Shown one piece after another: positions 22,766 through 33,490 of a stretch of 64,000 bases of DNA. Position 1 is the first letter of the stretch. Each line of letters opens with the position of its first letter. The translations under genes were made by a program, and so were the position numbers. The notes below the pieces were generated by a model, which saw only the letters and a program-made list of their open reading frames with translations, was not told where the DNA came from and did no database searches. The DNA lies in the NCBI GenBank assembly GCA_900317885.1, contig ONIM01000006.1:6975-70974 (forward strand), read 5' to 3'. The DNA is from an uncultured Bacteroidales bacterium. Lineage in GTDB: Bacteria; Bacteroidota; Bacteroidia; Bacteroidales; Paludibacteraceae.

Positions 22766-25611
22766 TGAGATATTTAAGGTACATATTTTTATTCTTGTGC
22801 TTTGCCGGGATGGTAATGGCACAAGAGACAACGAGTATATCCGGAACGGTAGTCGATGCGGATACAGGCGAGACTTTGCCGTTCGTACAGATATACTTTC
22901 TCAAATCTACCACCAACAAAGGTATGATTCCTTCGGAGATCGGCACGACCTCCGATATTGACGGTAATTTTACCATCTCGAATACCGCGGGTTACAACAC
23001 CCTCAATTTCCAGATGTTAGGTTACAAGACGGAGATGTTAACTCTTCGTAAGGGTCAAAACCGTAAGAACGTGAAGGTGAAGATGACGCCGGACGTATAT
23101 GGATTGCAAGATATCGTCGTGACGCCCAAGAACCGCAAACGCGAGTACAAACGCAAGGGTAATCCCGCGGTGGAGCTGATCAAGAACGTGATTGCACATA
23201 AGGACTCGTTCTACGTAACGGCTTCAGACCAGTACACCGCGCAGACCTACAGCCGTATGTCCTTTGCGCTGGATAACCTGAAGATGAATTTTCACAAGGG
23301 TTTCTGGAAGAACTTCGCGTTCGTGGAGAAATACCTTGACACCACGGGTGTCTATCCGAATGTGACGGTCTCTATCCGCGAGCATATCGGCGAAGAATAC
23401 TATCAGAAGAAGCCCCACCGCGAGAAGAAAGTGCTGCAAAAGAAGCGTATTTTCGGTATCGAAGACATCATCGCTTCGCAATCCTTCCAAGAGAACGTGA
23501 ACGCCATCTTCAAGGATGTCGATATCAATGAGAACAATCTCAATCTGCTCTTTAACCGCTTCGTCTCGCCGCTCAGTTCGACGCTGGCGGTGACCTTCTA
23601 CCAGTACTATATCATGGACACCATCATGGTGGACGGCTACCCGTGTATCGACTTGGCTTTCGTTCCGGTAAACTCAGAGAGTTACGGATTTACGGGTCAC
23701 CTGTATATCGTTAATGACAGTACCTACCGGCTTAAGAAATACGCCATCAATATCCCACCGGACATCAACCTCAACTTCGTGAGCAACTACTCCGTAGAGC
23801 ATAGTTACCGGCAGTTGGAGGATGGTACGTGGGCTCCGGATAGGACCAGCACTTTCGCCAAGTTCTACGTCTTCAATAACAAACGCGGTCTTCTGGCGCG
23901 GCAGACGAAGATCTACACCGGATGGGACCTGGAGACCCCTATACCCAAGGAGACTTTCTCTGCTTTTGCGGACGAGAAAGGAGTAGAGACCAACGACTCT
24001 ACCGCGACACGTCTGGTAGGATCCGAGTGGGATGCGTTGCGTCCCGAGCCACTGACGAAGTATGAGAGTTCGGTAGTGGATCTGGTGAATGAGTTCACTT
24101 CCACGCCGAAATTCAACTCACTGGCGCTCTTTGTGAACGCCGTGACGACTGAGTATATCCCCACCAAGCCGGCGAAGGTCATGGATGAGAGTAAGTTCGA
24201 CATCGGTCCTATTTACAACTTCGTGAGTTGGAACATGTTAGAGGGCGTGCGTTTGCGTTTTGGAGGCACAAGTACGGCGAATCTGCACCCGCAGATCTTC
24301 TTCCGCGCCTACGCGGCGTTCGGGACCAAGGACCTGCGGCCCAAGTACAGCGCGACCTTCGTCTATACGTTCGACAAGCATAAGTACCATCCTTACGACG
24401 GCCTAAGGCATCATATTCAGGCAACCGCGCAGTACGACGTAGAGGAGCCGGGTATGCGCACCGACGTTATCAGCCGAGACCATATTCTGATGTCCATTCC
24501 GACGAGCAATCCGACCTTGGGCTTTAACCAATACGTGTTCCATGCCAAGCTGGAATATATGAAGGAGTGGAAGAACAAGTTCTCTATCAAGGCGGGATTT
24601 GATTTTACGAATAACGAAGCAGCAGGAGCCTTGCGTTATAACCAGATGAAATGGACCATGAACCCGGACTCCACCTGGTCGCTAAGTCAGAAGAGTATCG
24701 GTTCGTATCGCAATTACGAGGGATTTATCGAGTTCCGCTATTCTCCGGGCAGCCGTATTCAGATTGACCGAATCGGCCAACCGAGTTCGTTCGCTATCGA
24801 GAAAGATGCGCCTACCTTCCAGCTCACCCACTACGTAGGCTATCTGGATGACCGGCATAACGGCGGCGAGGGATTCATCTACAACCGGACGGAGTTCCTC
24901 TTCGACAAACGATTCTGGCTTTCCGCTTTCGGTCACCTCGATTTGCGCGTACAGACAGGTATGTTATGGCAGAAAGCGCCGTTCACCAAACTCTATATTC
25001 CTCAGAGTTCCACCTCTATCCTGCTCGCGCAGCGCGCCTTCAACCAGATGAAGCCGATGGAGTTTCTGATGGACGAATACGTGTCGCTCTACATGACCTA
25101 CTTCTTCAAAGGATGGATCATGAACCGCATCCCGGGAATTAACAAGTTGAAACTGCGCGGAATCGTTTCTTTCTCCGGTATCTACGGCGGATTGACGAAG
25201 AAGAACAACCCGTATCTGGAAACCGGATCGGGTCTTTATGAGTTCCCTCATACTCCGTGGGAGAAAGACGCTGCGGGCAATGAAGATCCCCAGAAAGCTT
25301 TCGATAACTACGGCTATATCAACGATAGTTACCGTACCTCATCGCCTATCGGCAAACTGCCTTACATGGAGATTACGGCGGGATTTGAGAATATCTTCAA
25401 ATTCATCCGCATCGATTATATCCGCCGAATCACGTATAACGACTACGAGTTACCCTATATGATCCAGAAGATGGAGCCGGACCCGGCTCACCCTACTCAG
25501 TTCCGCCCCGCTGTGGACGAGAACGGCGATCCGGTGATGATTCACGGCCGGCGTAAGATAGGTGCCTGGGGACGAAACGGCGTCAAGCTGACCTTACGTT
25601 TCTCGTTATAA
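22765..25611 (+). CDS. CarboxypepD_reg-like domain protein, probably DUF5686-type outer-membrane protein
   Basis: Signal peptide. ISGTVVDADTGETLPFVQIYF...GTTSDIDGNFTI (CarboxypepD_reg-like). Long beta-rich C-terminal region ending LTLRFSL. Confidence 0.75.
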   Translation: MRYLRYIFLFLCFAGMVMAQETTSISGTVVDADTGETLPFVQIYFLKSTTNKGMIPSEIGTTSDIDGNFTISNTAGYNTLNFQMLGYKTEMLTLRKGQNRKNVKVKMTPDVYGLQDIVVTPKNRKREYKRKGNPAVELIKNVIAHKDSFYVTASDQYTAQTYSRMSFALDNLKMNFHKGFWKNFAFVEKYLDTTGVYPNVTVSIREHIGEEYYQKKPHREKKVLQKKRIFGIEDIIASQSFQENVNAIFKDVDINENNLNLLFNRFVSPLSSTLAVTFYQYYIMDTIMVDGYPCIDLAFVPVNSESYGFTGHLYIVNDSTYRLKKYAINIPPDINLNFVSNYSVEHSYRQLEDGTWAPDRTSTFAKFYVFNNKRGLLARQTKIYTGWDLETPIPKETFSAFADEKGVETNDSTATRLVGSEWDALRPEPLTKYESSVVDLVNEFTSTPKFNSLALFVNAVTTEYIPTKPAKVMDESKFDIGPIYNFVSWNMLEGVRLRFGGTSTANLHPQIFFRAYAAFGTKDLRPKYSATFVYTFDKHKYHPYDGLRHHIQATAQYDVEEPGMRTDVISRDHILMSIPTSNPTLGFNQYVFHAKLEYMKEWKNKFSIKAGFDFTNNEAAGALRYNQMKWTMNPDSTWSLSQKSIGSYRNYEGFIEFRYSPGSRIQIDRIGQPSSFAIEKDAPTFQLTHYVGYLDDRHNGGEGFIYNRTEFLFDKRFWLSAFGHLDLRVQTGMLWQKAPFTKLYIPQSSTSILLAQRAFNQMKPMEFLMDEYVSLYMTYFFKGWIMNRIPGINKLKLRGIVSFSGIYGGLTKKNNPYLETGSGLYEFPHTPWEKDAAGNEDPQKAFDNYGYINDSYRTSSPIGKLPYMEITAGFENIFKFIRIDYIRRITYNDYELPYMIQKMEPDPAHPTQFRPAVDENGDPVMIHGRRKIGAWGRNGVKLTLRFSL

Positions 25612-25633
25612 ACCTTTAAAATCAGAGACTACT

Positions 25634-26443
25634 ATGAAACGAATCGTATTGATATCATGCGCGTTAGGATGTTTTCTCTCCCTTTCCGCACAGACGAAAG
25701 ACCTCAAAATCCAGCAGACCCTGGATAATGTCAAGAATCAGCTCATTGAGTTCAATACCGAGCATACTTTGGACTCTTTGGATCAGGAAAAGTTACCTCG
25801 GCTCGTGTCCGGAGGCGTGCTCATTGGTGCCAACCTCAGCAATTTTATCATCACGAGGGATCACCAGACGATGAGTTCGTATATGAAGGTAGGCGGTGAG
25901 TTAGGCGGATTCCTGGACTTCGCGATCACTAAGAACTTCGCCGTCCAGCCGCAAGTCATCTTCACGGCTCATCAGAACCATTTTGGCGTAAAAGAAGGCG
26001 CAGAAGTATATAAGCAGAACAATCTCTGGTCTTTTGGCGTTGATATACCTATATTCTTCCTCGGCCGATTTGGAAACCTACAGAAAGGCTATGTTCAGTT
26101 CGGCGGCGGTATCTTCACGCATTTCACTTTTGCATCGAATATCGCAGATAAATACAAGAACGTAGATGACGAGACCCCGACTCCTTCAGCTACTCCTGCA
26201 GCTACGCCCTCTACGGTCGTCACCTACGATTATAGCCGACTCTACTCGCTGCACAACAACCATTTCGGCGTATGCGCTACGGTCGGTTATGAATTCTCTT
26301 TTGGTATGCAGATCAATGCGCAGTATAAAGTCTCCCTTTCCGATATCGCCGGATTCTACAGCGAGATGAAAGGTCAAGAAGTAGCCAACGCACTGATCTA
26401 CCCCCAATCGGTAAGCCTGAATATAGCTTACCGATGGAGGTGA
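25634..26443 (+). CDS. Outer-membrane beta-barrel (porin-family) protein
   Basis: Signal peptide (SLSAQTKD). Alternating beta-strand pattern. C-terminal aromatic motif NIAYRWR. Confidence 0.75.
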   Translation: MKRIVLISCALGCFLSLSAQTKDLKIQQTLDNVKNQLIEFNTEHTLDSLDQEKLPRLVSGGVLIGANLSNFIITRDHQTMSSYMKVGGELGGFLDFAITKNFAVQPQVIFTAHQNHFGVKEGAEVYKQNNLWSFGVDIPIFFLGRFGNLQKGYVQFGGGIFTHFTFASNIADKYKNVDDETPTPSATPAATPSTVVTYDYSRLYSLHNNHFGVCATVGYEFSFGMQINAQYKVSLSDIAGFYSEMKGQEVANALIYPQSVSLNIAYRWR

Positions 26444-26446
26444 TTC

Positions 26447-29400
26447 TTATTGCATTCCGAACTTACCACCCTTCGCTATCTTCTTGGTCTTCGAATCGAA
26501 GAAGACGTAGAAGTAGATGCTTCCGGAAGCTGCTTGGAAATACGTTCCTGCGGCAGAAGGAGCGACAGAGATCAGTTTCTGATTTCCCTGATTATCTATC
26601 ATCACCTCGACGTCCGCCGGGTCTGCGGTAGGTACATCCTCAATCTTCAGCAAGCGTCCTGACATATCGTAGATACCCACCTGTACACCGATACCTATCG
26701 TTACGGCCTTAAACTGATGGTCGCCGTAGTAGTAGAAGAGGTAGTCATCGGTATCGACCGTCGCGGACGCTACCCAATCGGCATAAGTGAAGGTCAGTAT
26801 GTACACCGTAGTACTACCATCTTGCGCGGTACAGAACAGCTGTACCTCCATGCCGTTCTCTATCTCTACCGGCATACTCTGATCCCACTCCGCCAGCGTA
26901 TCAATCGGCGTAGCTGTGATCGTCGGCAGGTTAGTTCCCTGCGGGAGAATAATAGTGTACTCCAGCGTATCGGGATCATAATTGCGCACCTCTGCGCCGT
27001 CCAGCCATATCATCTCCAGGCGCGACTCCGAGGATTGCAAGATCTCTTGCTCAATCACATATACCGCACGGGTTCCATCGGCAGCGGTCACTAAGATCTG
27101 CGCCGTGGTACCATCCATGGTGATCGTCACCGTCGCGTCCTTGTCCTCCGGCGTCGCCGATACAGCTTCCTGACCAAAGAGCGCACTCTCGGGCGTCGCT
27201 ATCGGATACGTGACGATATACAGCATCGAATCCGGATCAAAGCCATCAACCGTCACGCCGTTAACTTGCAGGTCAGCCAGGCGACAGTTGGAGGAGAGTT
27301 TATGGGTGAAAGTCAGTATGTACTCCGCCGTGGTCGTACCGTCTCCGGCGGTTACGGCAATCGTCAGTTCCGTATCTCCGACCCACGTGGTATCCACTAC
27401 CTGCTGCTCGTCGCCTGTAACCCACGTCACAACCGGCATGGGCGCGCCATAAAGCACTGTGTCGGCATACTCGTAGAGGGACGGCTGGTAGCCCTGCTGA
27501 AGCACGCCATCCAGATGGATAGCTTGCAGTTCAGCGTTGGTGGACGGCAGGTATGTGAAAGTCAAGGTATATACCCATGTCGTCACGCCATCTTCGGCGG
27601 TGACGGTGATAGTCGTTCCTTCGATAGCAACCGTAGCTACCGGATCCGCAGCCTCAGCAGTGATCACCGGTGTCGGAGAACCGTACGGCAAGCTGATTGT
27701 ATAAGCATGCTCATCGGCGAAGAACTCCGGCAGCGGGGTACCATCCAAGGCGATTGATGCTAAGTCCGCGTTGGTCGATTTGGCTATAGTAAAGACGATG
27801 GTGTAGCTCGTCTGATGATCGCCGTCTTCCGCGGTCACAAGGATCGTCACGCTCTTTTCCTCCGCATTCTTCGTAGCAGTAGCCGTATTATCCGTCAGGA
27901 TATAATCTACTTCGGGCAGCGTCGTCGTGCCGTAAGGCAGTTCGATCGAGTAATCGGTCTTCGCCGGTGCAAAATCCGTCACCGCGGTACCTCCGACGAA
28001 CAGTTCGCTCAGAGTACAAACCTCCGATGGCTGGACGTTCACGTTCACGGTATAAGTGCGTACTACCGTCTCGTCCTCAGAAGTGACCGTGAAAGTCACT
28101 ACGGCAGACGAACCGTTCGGCACCGTCTGGGTCTCTACCGTTGCTCCAGCGCAAGCAATAGATGCCAACTGCGGGATAGGCGAGTGCGCCGGAAGGTGCA
28201 GATCGTAGTTGTAGGAATCCTGCGCAAAACCGGACAACATAACATCATCCGCGGTGATCGCCGTCAGGTATGCCTCCGACGAGAGCGTGCGGATATTCGC
28301 CAGCACGGAGTAGCGCTTCTTCGCGACCCCGTTAGGCGCAGTAACCTCAACGTAGATCGCCTGATAGTCAGCGTTCACCGGTACAATGACGTACCGCACG
28401 TCGGCCTCAGGATCCTCCGGCACAGCGTCAAAAGCATCGAGCGACGGCAGCGAGATCAGATAGTCGTAGGTCTCGCTGTAGAACTCCGGCATAGGAGTGT
28501 TGTTTGCGCTCATCGATGCCAAGAGAGCATTGTCCGACGGGTTGCGGTCGATGGTATAAGTGGTGTCGTCCGCAGTACCGAAGACACGCAGTACGTATTG
28601 CTGCGACGTCATGGTCATGAAGACACTATCGAGATCGAACTCGCGGTCGTAGTTCAGCACCGGATCGGTAGTTAAGTTCATCAGCTTCGCCGTGGACTCT
28701 CCCTCTATGCTGGTCTCCGCCGCTATTTCCGTCACATGCGCCGAGGAAGAAGCGCTCTCCCATGCGGCGTAGTAGGTCTGCTCATCGCCGTTCTCTGCGG
28801 TCACGGAGATGACATAAGCGGTGTCGTTAGTCGTGATAGCGACCGTCTGGTACGGCGAACCTTTCACAACCGTCAGATCGCGGCCGGAGAGCGTATAAGA
28901 ACAAGTCTTCACAGCGGATTGCGGACGAGTGACCGTCAGCGTATAGTCCGTATAAGAGAGGTCTTCCGCATAGTTGCGGATGGTAGCCGTACGTACGCCG
29001 TTCAGCTCGTCACTCCAGGTAACTACCGGCATCTGGTCGGCTACCGCGTGCGTGAAGGCGAGCGCGGGCGTTCCATAATAATCTGCGTCGATGGTAGCAT
29101 TGATATTCGTTCCGTCGATAGTAGATGCAGCTCCATTGACAGCCACGCCGGTCAGTACCGACGAGTAGTTCAGACGCAGGTTATCGAAATACATCGTGGA
29201 GGTGAAGTGATTCGAGTTGCTTGCTCCGTCGGCACCAATACGATAGTCTTTCGGCGTCAGTGTTTCTGCCGAAACAATCCGGATATCCAGATTTTCCGGC
29301 ACATAATCTGCCTCATAACTAAGATCAGCGGAGAAGGTGTACCATTGATTTTTTGTCTTACCGCTAAAGTTATTCACTCCGCTAATCTTCGTCGCACTAT

Positions 29401-32400
29401 TGGCCATGTAAATAAGTTGCCAACCGCTTACTTTGTTATACTTCTCAATGTTATAATCTATCTGAATCCGGTCCGGCGTATTCCGGAACGTACGGGCATC
29501 GCCAAAAGTGATCGCGGTATATTGCGCATTGATAAGGCTTTGATAATACCCCAAGCTGATTGACAAAGGCGAGAGAGACAAGATACCCGGCATGGATTCC
29601 GAAGCCTTGGTGATATAGACCGTCTGTACCTGTGCGGATTTGGAGCCCTCTGTGTGCTTGGTGGACTGCTTCACATTCTCCTCCGGCCAGTAGTAACCTT
29701 TGGTAGAACCAAATAGTCCGGAAGGATAAGTCGTCGGCGCATTGATGGTGGCGTTCCATCCGTCCGGATAGTCGCCGTCACGGCCTTCGGGGTGGCTCTT
29801 GAAAGTATGCCAGTTCTCAAAGCCCGGATCAAAAGTCAGATCGCCCGGAAAATAGAACGTGACGGTATAGGTGTGTGTCTTCTCGCCCGCCTCTACCTCA
29901 TAAACCACGCGCTTGGTATTGAGATCATCATAGACCACGGCGCCGGGCTGCGCAGTGTAGCTCAGAGTCGGCGTGGCGCCGGTCACGGAGAGGACGTAGT
30001 TATATACATCCGGACGGAAGTTCGGGATAGTCACTCCGTCGGCTTGGATGTCCATGAGTTGCGCCGGATCGTAGGGGTTCACGTGTGGGGTGAGAGTATA
30101 TACGGCATCTGCCTCCGCAGGGTTCATGGATTTGGCGATGATGACAGTCGGCGCTGCTATTCCGCCGTTTACGATTTGTACCTCTTGCTCCGGATAGTTC
30201 TTGACGATGGAGAGGATGTCGAACGAGGTAGTGCCGTATGGCAGATCCACTTGGAACTCTGTGCCGGTACTCAGATCCAGCGACCCGTAGCCGTCAATAA
30301 TTGCAGAAAGCAGGGTGTTGGGTTTGTCGGTCATCTCCAGACTATAGCTGAACGAATAAGTAGATTCCGTGCCGTCTTCGGCTCTCACGACGATGGTCGA
30401 TGTACTGCCTATCGGTGCTTCAGAAATAGTCAGAGCCTGCTCCGGCTCCGCTTTCTCAGCCGTGATAGCGGGAGATGCGGTTGTGCCGTACGGCAGTAGG
30501 ATATTCGTATAAGTATGTACCGCGGGATCGAAGGCAAAGTTATCTACACCGTCTATCTCCACGGAGTTCAGCGCGGTGTTGCTCGATTTGGCTACCGGAA
30601 AAGCTATTCTGTAGGTGCTGGTAGCAATGCCGTCTTCCGCCAGAACGGTGATGGTCGTCGTGCGATCTACCGCTCCGTGAGCTACGGTGATGATTTGACT
30701 GTTCACACCAGCCACAGGCACTACTGCCGGCACTTGTTTCGTTCGCCATGGGAGCGGATAGTTATATTCATATACGTCAGGAAGGAAGGCATCATAAATC
30801 TGTCCTCCGATATACAGCCCTGCGAGTGAGGCGTTGCTCGAAGCCGGGAACGAATCCGTGGGGAACGGCGGGATAACCACCTGGTCGGGCGAGTTGAAAC
30901 GCACGGTATAGACATTCGGCGTACCTTCCTCCGGCGTTACGACGATACGCGCCATGCCGTAGCTGGCCGATGCGCTTATGGTGATGGCCTGATTCTCTCC
31001 GGCAAGGACGGTGATCTTCGGCATCGTCGCTTCTTCCCATACAAGACTATAGTTCAGCGTCGTGGGCTCGAAACCGGTTAACTCCGCTCCGTTGAGGTAG
31101 ATCATCTGCAGGAAAGCGTTCTCGGATTTCTGCACTTCGAAATTCAGCACGTACTGACGCGTCGAACCGTCTCCGGCAGTAACCGTCAAGCGGGCAGTCC
31201 AGAGGGCTTGGTTCAGGACGATATTCACCGTCTGATAAGCATCGCCGGGGGTATACGTGATAGCCGGGATCATCTTCGTGCCGGCAGGCAGAGAGAGCGT
31301 ATAGTTCAGTACCTCCGGGTCGAAATCCGCCAAATCGGTACCGTCGATAGCGATAGCAGCGAGAGCATTGTTGGTTGATTTCTCCGTACGGAACTGCAGA
31401 CGATAAGTGGTCGTAGCGCCCGAAGCCGCTTTGACCTCAATGCGCGTCGTCCCATCTACACCACCCTCGGTTAAGGTGATGGTCTGGTAGGGATCGCCGG
31501 CGGTATAAGTGATTGTCGGGAGCACGGTAGTACCCAAAGGCAGGGTAATCGAATAAACCGTTTGCTCGGGTTGGAAGCCCTCTAAGGGTGTGCCGTCCAA
31601 CGCGATGGATGCGAGGTAAGAGTAACTCGAGGCCTCGATCTTATAAGTCAGTTTATAGGTCTTGGAGAGCGTCGTGCCGGGGATGGATACTTGAATCTGC
31701 GCTCCGCCGTCAAGGGTATTGTTCAGCAGTTGAATCTGCTGTACTCCTGCCGGATAAGCAGACTCCCAAGTGATCGTCGGTGCAGTAACCGTGCTCAGCG
31801 GCAGCGAGACGTTATAGTTGGACTTATTGGGCTGGAATCCCGCGAGCGGAGTACCGTCCACGAAGATATTCTTCAGCGTTACGTCGGTCAACGGAGCCAC
31901 GCTGAAAGCGAGGTTGTAGGTCTGCTTCGTAGTACCATCACCTGCGGTAACAACTATCGAAGCGTTGCCGTTCACCGAGGTCGGTTGGTTAATCTGCACG
32001 GTGGCCGTACCGTCCTGCGGCGTTGCGCTCACTACCGGAACGGATGTCGTACCGTACGGCAGCGAGACGTTGTAACTCGTCAGGTACGCATTGAAGCCGC
32101 TGACGCTCTCGCCGTTCACCTGAATATCCGAGAGGCGCGCGTTGTTGCTGGCCTGCGAGACGAACTTGATACGATAGGTAGTGGTCGAAGAGTTATCATT
32201 AGCCGTTACCGTGATCGTCGTCGGCTCGCCGTCCACCTGACCGTTCACGATCGTATATTCGCTTGCGCCCAGACGGCGTCCAGGGAAAGTGGCTTTGCCG
32301 CCACGGGTGTTCGTCAGCGATCCCGCGCCGCGCACCAGGGAGATCTCCGGAATAGTGGTGGCACCCTGACCTAAGGAGTATATCTGCTCGCCCGTCGTAT

Positions 32401-33313
32401 TGTCGGGATCGAAGGCTTTCCATTCGCGGCCGCCTACATAGACCTTCTGCACCTTACTGGAGTATATCAAGGTGATATCATCTACCTCTAACGTACTACC
32501 GGCGTACTGGCCGGTGTTCGCGCGGAAATCCGGGTACCGGCCTGCCGAGAGGATGACATTACATTTCGTCGGCTGATCGTCGTTGAAATAATAGATGGGC
32601 ACAACGATGCGGGTCCAGCTGTTATAGGCTTTCTTCTGGTAGAACCATCCTTCGGCAATCTGTTTGGCCTGAGTTTTCGGCGTACCGCACTCGTTGCCGT
32701 CCAGCGCCAGACGGATGTCCGACTCCTCATCCACGCAGTACTGCGGCGCAGCGGAGGAGAGGTTGGTACAGGAGAGGTTCTTCGCTTTGTAGGACTCGCC
32801 TTGCGACGTGCCCGACCATGCGTAGTAGAGAAGGTGGAAGTGTTCGTCCTTGATATGATCGCCTGCTGCCTGATCCACCGAGCCGTCATAATAACGCTTG
32901 ATCCAAACGACCATCGAGTCCGGCCGGTGCGTCCAACTGATACCTCCGTACGTACCGGCTGTAGCGTCGTTGATAGAGGTCAGACTGGAGACGTACGCCC
33001 AAGGATGACCTAAGGCCACATAACCCGGAGAGGTGGCGCCTATCGAGCCGACACCTACAAACTGGTCTTGGATCTTCAGCGCCTTACCGGATCTACCGGT
33101 AGCCTGATGGGCAAAGTTCTTATCTACGCCTAACTGCGAGACATTGGAGAAATTCCAATATTTGGGCTGTGCCGTGCTCGCAAACTGAGCACCGGACCAA
33201 TCCTCAAAATGCGGATCCGGCAACTGTTGCGCCCTTACCGGCGGGAAACAGACGATTAAGACTGCCGCTAATGACTTGAAAAGTTTACGCATATTAATAT
33301 TTTTATTAAACAT
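26447..33313 (-). CDS. Giant (2288 aa) surface protein: two PCMD-like modules, at least 16 cadherin-like beta-sandwich repeats, T9SS C-terminal sorting domain
   Basis: Signal peptide. PDPHFEDWSG...YWNFSNV and a second FDPGFENWHTF module. Recurring ~80-aa units (L..I.vDG..L.gF.P....Y.v.LP.GT...P.it...). C-terminus VGIYDMSGRLLKIE...GTYFQAASGSIYFYVFF. The start could instead be MRKLFK at 33292. Confidence 0.85.
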   Translation of the reverse strand: MFNKNINMRKLFKSLAAVLIVCFPPVRAQQLPDPHFEDWSGAQFASTAQPKYWNFSNVSQLGVDKNFAHQATGRSGKALKIQDQFVGVGSIGATSPGYVALGHPWAYVSSLTSINDATAGTYGGISWTHRPDSMVVWIKRYYDGSVDQAAGDHIKDEHFHLLYYAWSGTSQGESYKAKNLSCTNLSSAAPQYCVDEESDIRLALDGNECGTPKTQAKQIAEGWFYQKKAYNSWTRIVVPIYYFNDDQPTKCNVILSAGRYPDFRANTGQYAGSTLEVDDITLIYSSKVQKVYVGGREWKAFDPDNTTGEQIYSLGQGATTIPEISLVRGAGSLTNTRGGKATFPGRRLGASEYTIVNGQVDGEPTTITVTANDNSSTTTYRIKFVSQASNNARLSDIQVNGESVSGFNAYLTSYNVSLPYGTTSVPVVSATPQDGTATVQINQPTSVNGNASIVVTAGDGTTKQTYNLAFSVAPLTDVTLKNIFVDGTPLAGFQPNKSNYNVSLPLSTVTAPTITWESAYPAGVQQIQLLNNTLDGGAQIQVSIPGTTLSKTYKLTYKIEASSYSYLASIALDGTPLEGFQPEQTVYSITLPLGTTVLPTITYTAGDPYQTITLTEGGVDGTTRIEVKAASGATTTYRLQFRTEKSTNNALAAIAIDGTDLADFDPEVLNYTLSLPAGTKMIPAITYTPGDAYQTVNIVLNQALWTARLTVTAGDGSTRQYVLNFEVQKSENAFLQMIYLNGAELTGFEPTTLNYSLVWEEATMPKITVLAGENQAITISASASYGMARIVVTPEEGTPNVYTVRFNSPDQVVIPPFPTDSFPASSNASLAGLYIGGQIYDAFLPDVYEYNYPLPWRTKQVPAVVPVAGVNSQIITVAHGAVDRTTTITVLAEDGIATSTYRIAFPVAKSSNTALNSVEIDGVDNFAFDPAVHTYTNILLPYGTTASPAITAEKAEPEQALTISEAPIGSTSTIVVRAEDGTESTYSFSYSLEMTDKPNTLLSAIIDGYGSLDLSTGTEFQVDLPYGTTSFDILSIVKNYPEQEVQIVNGGIAAPTVIIAKSMNPAEADAVYTLTPHVNPYDPAQLMDIQADGVTIPNFRPDVYNYVLSVTGATPTLSYTAQPGAVVYDDLNTKRVVYEVEAGEKTHTYTVTFYFPGDLTFDPGFENWHTFKSHPEGRDGDYPDGWNATINAPTTYPSGLFGSTKGYYWPEENVKQSTKHTEGSKSAQVQTVYITKASESMPGILSLSPLSISLGYYQSLINAQYTAITFGDARTFRNTPDRIQIDYNIEKYNKVSGWQLIYMANSATKISGVNNFSGKTKNQWYTFSADLSYEADYVPENLDIRIVSAETLTPKDYRIGADGASNSNHFTSTMYFDNLRLNYSSVLTGVAVNGAASTIDGTNINATIDADYYGTPALAFTHAVADQMPVVTWSDELNGVRTATIRNYAEDLSYTDYTLTVTRPQSAVKTCSYTLSGRDLTVVKGSPYQTVAITTNDTAYVISVTAENGDEQTYYAAWESASSSAHVTEIAAETSIEGESTAKLMNLTTDPVLNYDREFDLDSVFMTMTSQQYVLRVFGTADDTTYTIDRNPSDNALLASMSANNTPMPEFYSETYDYLISLPSLDAFDAVPEDPEADVRYVIVPVNADYQAIYVEVTAPNGVAKKRYSVLANIRTLSSEAYLTAITADDVMLSGFAQDSYNYDLHLPAHSPIPQLASIACAGATVETQTVPNGSSAVVTFTVTSEDETVVRTYTVNVNVQPSEVCTLSELFVGGTAVTDFAPAKTDYSIELPYGTTTLPEVDYILTDNTATATKNAEEKSVTILVTAEDGDHQTSYTIVFTIAKSTNADLASIALDGTPLPEFFADEHAYTISLPYGSPTPVITAEAADPVATVAIEGTTITVTAEDGVTTWVYTLTFTYLPSTNAELQAIHLDGVLQQGYQPSLYEYADTVLYGAPMPVVTWVTGDEQQVVDTTWVGDTELTIAVTAGDGTTTAEYILTFTHKLSSNCRLADLQVNGVTVDGFDPDSMLYIVTYPIATPESALFGQEAVSATPEDKDATVTITMDGTTAQILVTAADGTRAVYVIEQEILQSSESRLEMIWLDGAEVRNYDPDTLEYTIILPQGTNLPTITATPIDTLAEWDQSMPVEIENGMEVQLFCTAQDGSTTVYILTFTYADWVASATVDTDDYLFYYYGDHQFKAVTIGIGVQVGIYDMSGRLLKIEDVPTADPADVEVMIDNQGNQKLISVAPSAAGTYFQAASGSIYFYVFFDSKTKKIAKGGKFGMQ

Positions 33314-33356
33314 TTTACACTTTTCGGCCTCAAAACGGGTCGTTTTTTAGCGAGTG

Positions 33357-33364
33357 CAAAATTA
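33357..33364 (-). promoter_or_regulatory. -7 promoter box (TAATTTTG on minus strand) for the giant surface-protein gene
   Basis: Plus-strand CAAAATTA about 45 nt upstream of the ATG at 33313. Confidence 0.45.
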
Positions 33365-33490
33365 CTGCTAATTTATCAAGTACACAAGACCGATTGTTGG
33401 GAAAAGATATACGATTATTAAGCCCTACTCTATAAGAGTATTGCATTTTCGGGAAATAATATGTTATTTTTAAGAAAAGGCGAAAATCCG

